Below are positions 54,242-64,000 of a stretch of 64,000 nt of DNA, piece after piece. The DNA comes from Eledone cirrhosa (lineage: Eukaryota). The notes beneath the pieces are model-generated. The model was not told where the DNA came from, did not search any database, and worked only from the letters and a program-made list of their open reading frames with translations. The stretch is from contig OZ024743.1 of the NCBI GenBank assembly GCA_964016885.1, positions 351,478,001-351,542,000 on the forward strand, read 5' to 3'. Each line of letters opens with the position of its first letter. The stretch's first letter is position 1. The position numbers and the translations under genes are program-made.

Positions 54242-54956
54242 GACACAGCTAGAGACTTATAGAATACTTAGCTGTGTACAGGAACTGGTTTGAAAGAGCG
54301 GTTGCCGGTCCGGCAGAAATTAGAAATTGGAATAAATGCTCTGAAATAGCGATATATATGTGAATATAGACATAGAATATTCGAAAATATATATATGTAT
54401 ATATGTGTATATAGATGTGTATGTATGTGTATGTGTGTACACATGGACTAGAGTATGTATGTATATATGTGTGTGTCTATACGTGTGTATATAAAGATAA
54501 GTTGAGTATGAAAATGTATACACATGAGCGCGTATGTATGTACATGAATACATGTGTGTATATATATGTGTATGCATGTGTATATATATGTAAGTATGAA
54601 TATGTGAATTGTGAGTATATGTATTTTGTAGAGGTGTGCAAATATATTTGTGTGTGAATGCGTGGGTGAAAGGATACGTACACTTGAAAGAAAAATTTAA
54701 GTCTGAATGTTAATTAAGTGCAAACACAAAACCAACCACGCATATCTTTACTATCTCTAATCCTTCTATAGATTTAGAAAAATAACCAATAATATATTCT
54801 ATAAAAAATGTCAAAACAACAGATGGGAATCTAATTACTCACTTCCACCAAGAATTCTCACTGCTATCGAAAAACCACTCCTTCAACTATTCTTCTAACA
54901 ACTTCACCCCTCCCTCCTAATATTCTCTATAAAAACTAAATAGGTCCTCAGTAATA

Positions 54957-55076
54957 TTATTCTGATGAAATGACAGTAAATAATAACATTGAAATATTGA
55001 ATGTCTGCATAACTAAAAGTTTGTAGATAGCAGCTGTTTTAGGTTATGTAACTGTTATAGAAACACGTGTCAATAA
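54957..55076 (+). ncRNA. Type I hammerhead ribozyme with large stem II insertion
   Basis: TTATT-CTGATGA-A-ATGACAGT...ACTGTTAT-A-GAAA-CACGTGTC-AATAA; GUC site. Confidence 0.7.
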
Positions 55077-55110
55077 ATTCCTTTCAACTAAACTGTATCC
55101 ATTCAAATCT

Positions 55111-55152
<42 letters not shown>

Positions 55153-55584
55153 GACGGAGCTCTGAAATAGCCATGTATATATGAATGTACGTATTGTATA
55201 TTTAATAATATACTGTATGTTTGTTTTAAAATATTTTGAAGGCTTTTCGCTATGAATTTAAGGTAGCGACTATAGTCACATACCTAGCTTCTCAGAGCTC
55301 CAACACATATTTCTAATTGTTGCTGGGCCGGTAACCGCTCTGTATGTTAATGAGTTTAAACAGCTCATAAACATAATTGGTATTGTATATTAAATCCGGT
55401 TTCTACAGTTCACAGCTAAAACAGAGGCGATATATAAGCCTGATAACTGCTAAACAGGGAGAAACGATCGATGATCGGTTATTTCCCTTTGTTTTTTTGG
55501 CTGAAGCTAGGTATGTGACTATAGACGCTACCTTAAATTCATAGCCAAAGGCCTTCAAAATGTTTTTAAATAAGCATACAGTAT

Positions 55585-57130
55585 ATCTACTTATATATAT
55601 AACCAGCAATTTCTCTGTCTGTCTGTCCGACAGTGGAAACATGTGCATAGAGAGAGTGAGAGTGAAAGAAAGAGACAGACTACGAGAGGGGGATAGCGGG
55701 AGGGAGAGAGGGAGAGAGAGAGTGAATAGACGCTAAAACACGTGCTATAGAAACATTACCTTCCCCTCTCCACTGACTTTGGTCACTGAGGCCAAGGGAA
55801 TCGCTGGTTGCTATAGAGACACCTTGCACAAGCCAGAAGTAACCAGTTCGAGGCGGTTCTGACTTGACACCATGCGAAGAAGGTTGCCATTGAATTTGTG
55901 GTTGTTGCTGCTGATAATAAGGACCATTTGAAGAAGGTTGCTGCTGATGAGGTAATTTATTAATCAGATTGCGCAGTTCCATAACCTACGTTTGATTTGT
56001 TCAATTTTTTTCTTCAATTTTTTTTGTTGTTTTTTTTATTTCTTATTGAAAAAATATAAATAATAAAATAAGGTTAGAAATTTAAATACAATTAAATACG
56101 ATTTAATTTCCATTTCCAGCAGCCAATATCCAGTGTTCAATTTCATGAAAAAATTGGAAATAATTAAAAAAATTGAAGTTTAACTTTTGAACATTTGTTT
56201 TGACAATAAAAAAATATTTCCTTATTCACACCTAATGGTATGATTAAAATTTCAGTATATACACTAGATTTGCTAGCAGAAGACCGCCCACCGGGTGGTT
56301 TTCTGCTAGTCTATATATGGCAATTTCTGTCTGTTTGTTTGTTTGTGAACCTAAAACTCTAAAGATACCAAACCGATCTTGATGAAACTTGACACGTGTG
56401 TGGGGCTCATTCCCATTTGATTTCTTACGTATATTTCATTTTAATCAAAGGGTTTCCCGGGGATTCAAACCCCCGCTGAAAACCGGCGCTTAATTTTTTC
56501 CGTTCGATTTATATGAAATTTAAACCATAGGTAAATGACAAGATATGATGACTATTCACAAAATTTCAGCAAATTTCAATAATATTAAGACACCCTAATG
56601 GGGGTTAACCCCCTATAGTGAAAATGTTGGCCAATAAATGGAACGAGATTTCACGAACTCCTCCTATGGTTTTGGAGATAGACCCCCATAACCATATATA
56701 TATTCTGAAACTACATTGCTCAGGGTACTTGGATAAGTATATTTCATTTTAATCAAAGGGTTCCCCGGGGGCACAAAACCCCCGCTGAAAATGTTTTCCC
56801 TTAGATTTATATGAAGTTTAAACCATCGGTAAATAACAAGATATGATACCTATTCACAAAATTTCAGCAAATTTCAATAATATTAAGAACCCCTAATTGG
56901 GGTTCTATTTTTGCCTTATAGCAACACTCAACTTCTCTGACAAACATTTTTTCGCCTGACCAATGCAATCAACAACATTTGTTTGTATTATTGTTTCGTA
57001 AATGAATTTGTCTTCGCTTTTCATTATATGACCTATATTTTGATTTCATTTTGGTCTGAGAGGCATTGGGCATTTTAATGGGAACTGGGATTACCGCTGC
57101 TCCGGGGTATTACCGGGTACCTCAGCTAGT
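55585..57130 (+). mobile_element. Two tandem non-autonomous Helitron-like elements
   Basis: Each starts near CAATTTC(T)CTGTCTGT with a TCTG/TTTG microsatellite and ends in a GC hairpin followed by GCTAGT (56310; 57129). Confidence 0.6.
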
Positions 57131-57161
57131 TATTAAATATACAATACGTACATTCATATAT

Positions 57162-57302
<141 letters not shown>

Positions 57303-57480
57303 AGAGAGAGGGAGAGAGAGATCCCGAGTGAAAACGGGGTAACTACAGTTAAAAAGGTACTCAATACATTAGTAGAGTGTAAATGTTTAATATAGAAATT
57401 GCTTTTACAGGACTAGAACTGCTTCATTCGTATGAAATCCTCAGATTTCATACGAATGAAACAGTTATAGTCATATATAT

Positions 57481-57553
<73 letters not shown>

Positions 57554-57630
57554 CGAAAGAAATGTGGTAAGGAACCAGGTGGACTATAACGCACCAAAGT
57601 ACTCAATACTTAGGGTAGTAGAGTGGGTAA

Positions 57631-58646
57631 TAGGAACGAGTAGGACCCCGACGGCTGAGCTCAAGCCGTTTCGACGGCTAATTCTGGACTGAATGAAAAT
57701 GTTTATCCTGGTATTTGAATAGCCGAGCTTCTCAGTGGGTAATTCTATATATGGTAAAAGTGATTGTCACAAGGATTGGTCAAAAGTTTGTTGTTGAGAC
57801 ATAATAATTCTATCATGGCTATTTGTGTAGGGAAGGGGTAGCTGAACCTGCCAGTAGGAGAAAGAAGGAGAGGAGGTGGAGGAGACCCAGTCATGCGTTG
57901 ATGGTGCCGACTACAGCTGGGCAGGAGGTCAAATAAGATACTAGGGAGGGGGAGGGGCGGAAGTCGAAACAATAAGTAAAACAATATGGGGTAAATATAT
58001 AGAAAAATACCGAGAGTGTTAAAATGCAATTAAATGTTAAAAAAATAAACAATTTCTGGTTACTACGACCTAAGGATAGCTATCAGGTCTCTCACTGGTA
58101 CTGCTAGACTAAAGAAAGGTTTACTAGGTGGGACGGAATTATAATGAGACCCTTTTAAGAGGTATAAGTAATAAACCGAGTATATCTTACGGTGACGGGT
58201 CAACAAACGTAGTAACCAGAAATTGTTTATTTTTTTTTACATTTAATTGCTTTTTAACACTCTCGGTATTTTTCTATATATTTACCCCATATTGTTTTAC
58301 TTATTGTTTCGACTTCCTCTCCCTCCCCCTCCCTAGTATCTTCTTTGACCTCCTGCCCAGCTGTAGTCGGCACTATCAACGCATGACTGGGTCTCCTCCA
58401 CCCCCTCTCCTTCTTTCTCCTACTGGCAGGTTCAGCTACCCCTTCCCTCCACAAATTGCCATGATAGAAGTATTATGTCTCAACAACAAATTTTGACCAA
58501 TCCTTGTGAAAATCACTTTTACCATATATGGAATTACCCCCTGAGAAGCTCGGCTATTCAAATACCAGGATAAAAATTTTCATTCAGTCCAAAATTAGCC
58601 GTCGAAACGGCTTGAGCTCAGCCGTCGGGGTCCTACTCGTTCCTAT
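57631..58646. repeat. ~440-bp inverted repeat with ~140-bp spacer (probable inverted pLTR pair)
   Basis: 57631-58068 is the reverse complement of 58208-58646 (mirror ORFs 57745..58029 and 58128..58496). Confidence 0.9.
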
Positions 58647-58877
58647 ATACATATATATATATGAGATGTCAACATGAATCGACCTATAATTTTTATCTAA
58701 AGAGTTTTTTCCAATTCTATCCCGCCCGTCCCCTTAATCTATTTTATTTCTCATTCTTTCTTCTGATGAAGGACTAGCGTCCGAAACGTTAAGACCTTCT
58801 TCCTGCTATATCAAGCGTTAACCTAATATATGCCTTCCATATACTGTACCGATTGTGTTGTTATTTCTGTTTACTTT

Positions 58878-58968
<91 letters not shown>

Positions 58969-59367
58969 TAAAGCTGACGGCCGTATGTAAGTAACAAACT
59001 TTTCGCCAAACGGCTGGACCAAACGGCATCAAATTTGCACCATAGATGTAACTTTTTCCAAGTAAGAAAGTGAGGTTATTTTTGTCTACTAAATTTCGTT
59101 AAAAGATTAAAGATACTTTATTGTTTATTTAAATATTCACTTCTTTAAAATGTTCAAATGTCAACACTTCCGGTTAGCGTTTACTTATACGACATTCCTC
59201 TCTCTTTCTTAGTCTGTCGTTTTAGATAGATACATAGCTATAACGTCGCGCCCTTATAATATGTCTCTGTATGTCTGGCTGTCTGCATTATGAAAACCAT
59301 TCTGTACATTGGCTTCGCTATCTGTGTGTGTGTGTATATATGTATATATATAGTGTGTGTATATATA

Positions 59368-59437
<70 letters not shown>

Positions 59438-59441
<4 letters not shown>

Positions 59442-60300
59442 ATAATGAAGACTTTTACTTTCCCAAGAATGTTTCCTTGATCAGAATTTGGAGGAACATT
59501 GCACACACTTGTTTCACTCAAAGGAACTGAAAGTTTGAATATACTGTGAAGAGTTTTACCACCTTTCAAGAGTGTTGCAGCAATGCCAGTCCAGGCAGAT
59601 GTACTTACTGTTATATTGTTAGCAGTAAGGTGATCAAAGATCATATTGAACAAAAATGTGTTTCCTGTTCCTCCCGGCGCATCCCAATAGAACAGTCTAT
59701 TATTGATTTCTTCTCCTCTGTTAACTGTTAATGTAGCATCAATCACGCAATTAAATGCTTCTCTTTGTTCATTGTTCAATAAATTTGGATCTATGATTGG
59801 GTTTTCCGCATTAGGTTCATTTGAAGGAGGATCTCCGACTGGTTCAGGAAGGCCAAACATGCTACAATGCATGCCATTTTATCTAAATATGGCATTCATC
59901 AAATGAAGAGCAATATTTTCAGCTGTTGTCATTTGTCTGCAAAAGATCCTCAATCATGAACTGTTTGTTTTCATTCCACAGTTGTAAGCATTGACGGGTT
60001 GACTGAAGAGGCAAATCATAGCAAACATGTTTAGAAGCTGTCGAGGCATTTGATATGCTTCTGCCTCTGTCAAAGTATATTGTAGTTCATTATCATCATC
60101 AAGAAGTCTCAATCTAATACACGCCTCCTTGAAATTTTCAAATCCTTCACCTTCAACAGTTCTTAAATCATTGAAAGAAGTCGTGCAAGGAACATACAGG
60201 AGTAGCATTCTCAAATTAATTTTTTCTGTGTTACTTGGACTTGCTGAGTTCATTCTGGTTACAATATATGGAAGCATACTCGCCGAGTCCATTTGGTACT
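59438..60300 (-). mobile_element. Helitron RepHel fragment (linker + Pif1-like helicase N-terminus), degenerate
   Basis: LRMLLLYV..TSFNDLRTVEG..FKEACI..LLDDD..EAEAYQMPRQL; LNNEQREAF..DAPGGTGNTFL..AWTGIAATLLKGGKTLHSIFKL; Walker A K replaced by N; cut by (TA)n. Confidence 0.9.
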
Positions 60301-60451
60301 CTTTTTCTGAAACACATATTGTTGAGGAATATCACAGTACAGAAGATTTCTAGCATTCTCGTCAGATTAATTTAGCTTGAACCAAGCCTATCTGCATTGA
60401 CTTCGCTTGTAACCAACTTTTAATTATATATATATAATTATATATTTGTGT

Positions 60452-62645
60452 ACATATTTTCAACAGTAATATTGTACTATATATTTTCAACAGTAATGCT
60501 ATACTATATATTTTCAGCAGTAATACTATACTATATATTTTCAACAGTAATACTATACTCTACTATATATTTTTAACGGTAATATTATACTATACTATAT
60601 ATTTTCAACAGTAATACTGTACTATATATTTTCAACAGTAATACTATACTATACTACATATTTTCAACAGTAATACTATACTTTCAACAGTAATACTATA
60701 CTATACTATATATTTTCAACAATAACACTGTACTACACTATATATGTTCAACAGTAATAATGTACTGTACTATATATTTTCAACAGTAATACTGTACTAC
60801 ACTATATATTTTCAATAGTAATACTGTACTATATATTTTCAACATTAATACTATACTATATATTTTCAACAGTCATACTATATATTTTCAATAGTAATAC
60901 TGTACTATATATTTTCAACAGTAATACTGTATTATACAATATATTTTCAACAGTAATACTGTACTGTACTATGTATTTTCAACATTAATACTATACTATA
61001 CTATATATTTTCAACAGAAATACTATACTATATATTTTCAACAGTGATACTATACTATACTATATATTTTCAACAGTAATGCTATACTATATATTTTCAA
61101 CAGTAATATAATACTATATATTTTTAACAGTAATACTGTACTATATATTTTCAACAGTAATCCTATACTATATATTTTCAACAGTAATACTATACTATAT
61201 ATTTTCAACAGTATACTGTACTATACTATATATTTTCAACAGTAATACTATACATTTTCAACAGTAATATTATACTATATATTTTCAACAGTAATACTGT
61301 ACTATATATTTTCAACAGTAATACTATACCATATATTTTCAACAGTAATACTGTACTATATATTTTCAACAGTAATACTATACTATATATTTTCAACAGT
61401 AATACTATACTATATGTTTTCAACAGTAATACTATACTATATATTTTCAACAGTAATACTATACTATATGTTTTCAACAGTAATACTATACTATATATTT
61501 TCAACAGTAATACTATACTATATGTTTTCAACAGTAATACTATACTATATGTTTTCAACAGTAATACTATACTATATATTTTCAACAGTAATACTGTACT
61601 ATACCATATATTTTCAACAGTAATACTGTACTATATATTTTCAACAGTAATACTGTACTATATATTTTCAACAGTAATACTATACCATATATTTTCAACA
61701 GTAATACTGTACTATATATTTTCAACACTAATACTATACTATATATTTTCAACACTAATCCTATACTATATATTTTCAGCAGTAATACTGTACTATACTA
61801 TATATTTTCAACAGTAATACTATATATTTTCAAGAGTTATACTATACTATACTACATATTTTCAACAGTAATACTATACTATATATTTTCAACAGTAATA
61901 TTGTACTGTACTATATATTTTCAACAGTAATACTGTACTATATATTTTCAACATAAATAATATACTATATATTTTCAACAGTAATGCTATACTATATATT
62001 TTCAACAGTAATACTATACCATATATTTTTAACAGTAATACTATACTAGATATTTTCAACAGTAATACTATACTATATATTTTCAACAGTAATACTGTAC
62101 TACACTATATATTTTCAACAGTAATACTACACTGTACTATATATTTTCAACAGTAATACTGTACTATATATTTTCAACATTAATACTATACTATACTATA
62201 TATTTTCAACAGTAATAATACACTGTACTATATATTTTCAACAGTAATACTGTACTATATATTTTCAACATTAATACTATACTATACTATATATTTTCAA
62301 CAGTGATACTATACTACACTATATGTTTTCAACAGTAATAATACACTGTACTATATATTTTCAACAGTAATACTGTACTATATATTTTCAACAGTAATAC
62401 TATACCATATATTTTCAACAGTAATACTGTACTATATATTTTCAACAGTAATACTATACCATATATTTTCAACAGTAGTACTGTACTATATATTTTCAAC
62501 AATAATACTGTACTATATATTTTCAACAGTAATACTGTACTATACGATATATTTTCAACAGTAATACTGTACTATATATTTTCAACACTAATACTATACT
62601 ATTTCAACACTAATACTATACTATTTTCAACAGTAATACTATACT
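60452..62645. repeat. 27-bp minisatellite/satellite (TATTTTCAACAGTAATACTATACTATA) with +/-5-bp variants
   Basis: Directly visible over ~2.2 kb. Confidence 0.95.
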
Positions 62646-62767
62646 ACACAGACGGTTATCGTCTGTTTATCCAAGCGAAGCTAGGTACATCAGCTATATA
62701 TATATATATCTGGATGCCATAGAACACACCAATGGTAGCCAGACGGTAGCGGGACGGGCCAGATAGT

Positions 62768-63008
<241 letters not shown>

Positions 63009-63337
63009 TATATATATACTCTGATTTAAGTCAGTTTTAGCACTGAATTGGATGTTTCGTATTGTAACTGTGTATTCGCACCGGAATCAGTTTGTTAGTG
63101 TAATAGGAAGAGTGTTTATATCAAGTAAGAAAGAACAACATTTCTTTCAGTTAAACATATTTTATTCGTAATAACGCGTAACACATGTTTCGCAATTATG
63201 TACAAATTTCAATTCTGATCTTCAATGAATCTGAGAACAAATCGTCACCAGACGATTAAGGACTTGGGCTGAGCATTTGCGAAATAAGTGTTATGTGTCA
63301 TTACGAATATAATGTTAAACTGAAACTTCATTCTCTT

Positions 63338-63392
<55 letters not shown>

Positions 63393-63431
63393 GATATTAA
63401 CAAATGGAAACTATATTTATAAAACCATATT

Positions 63432-63495
63432 ATTTCATTATACATATTTCAAGGACACCAAGTTAAATTATGGTGTGCTTTCATCAGATAAAATA
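63432..63495 (-). ncRNA. Type I hammerhead ribozyme
   Basis: ATTTTAT-CTGATGA-AAG..ACACCA(loop)TGGTGT..CTT-GAAA-TATGTATA-ATGAAAT; truncated inverted copy at 63625-63658. Confidence 0.7.
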
Positions 63496-63749
63496 TAATA
63501 TAGAGCAGTTTTATTAATAAATATTGACATGCCCTTAAAGAATGCAACCATTACTGTTGGAAGCTCCCGGATAGCTCCGGGAGCTTCCAACAGTAATGGT
63601 TGCATTCTTTAAGGGTATGTCAATATTTATCTGATGAAAGCACATCATAATTTAACTTAAATAGAACTTTTACACACATATATATATATATATATACATA
63701 TCGAATAAGTAAAAGCGAAGTAGTTTCAGATGTTCAAATCCTTTAATAA

Positions 63750-64000
63750 TAATGCTGTGATATATATTTCAATGATGACACTGGCCACACTGTTCTGTGT
63801 GCGAGTGTTGTGACATCATCAGATAGCTTGTTACATAATAAGGTTATGTTTCCGAGGCAATCCAAGTTGAATCGACATGGGAACGGACGAAGTGTGTGCT
63901 TTTGGGTTCTTCATCCGTTCCCTTGTGAGTACCAATTCACCCCCACCGGTCTGCGCAGGCGCATGTCCGAAGGAAGTTGACCATTAGCTACCGCATATTT
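63750..64000 (-). mobile_element. Second copy of the hammerhead-bearing repeat at 27010-27250
   Basis: Reverse-complement match, including the CTGATGA...GAAATATATATC core. Confidence 0.8.

Larger units (their letters stand above)
53429..54390 (-). repeat. Tandem array of 310-bp units (3 copies + partial), each with a hammerhead ribozyme
   Basis: TGAATATAGACATAG recurs at 53431, 53741, 54051 and 54361; units almost identical. Confidence 0.95.

Noticed and set aside
59318-59872. Host PIF1 helicase gene
   Set aside because: Intronless, attached to Helitron-specific linker motifs, Walker A lysine lost, truncated by (TA)n.
60452-62645. CRISPR-like periodicity and KIYSIVLLL repeat ORFs
   Set aside because: Contiguous tandem units with no unique spacers, no cas genes, eukaryotic context.

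Overview
Eukaryotic, AT-rich, repeat-dense genomic DNA. The SINE types, microsatellite load and transposon mix suggest an octopus/coleoid cephalopod (inference). One host gene is supported: a minus-strand SLC6 (Na+/Cl- neurotransmitter/amino-acid symporter). I could splice nine of its coding exons (20714 down to 6337; 1275 nt, 425 codons, TM1-TM9); the rest presumably lies beyond the left edge. It uses two GC-AG introns and has atypical ion- and substrate-site residues. Almost everything else is mobile DNA: many Penelope-like elements (PLEs; RT plus GIY-YIG, Naiad-like), including a near-intact one at 50.8-53.1 kb; a Tx1/L1-clade LINE; an R4/Dong-like restriction-endonuclease LINE; RTE, Tc1/mariner and Helitron remnants; tRNA-derived SINEs; a 27-bp satellite; and microsatellites. 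The most striking unannotated signal is a dense, sequence-diverse set of type I hammerhead ribozyme motifs, more than a dozen folded by eye. They include a 3x310-bp tandem array and a 2802-bp tandem duplication with one hammerhead per unit (retrozyme/circular-RNA-like). Many fold-back inverted repeats accompany them. Coordinates were counted by hand, and repeat boundaries are approximate.
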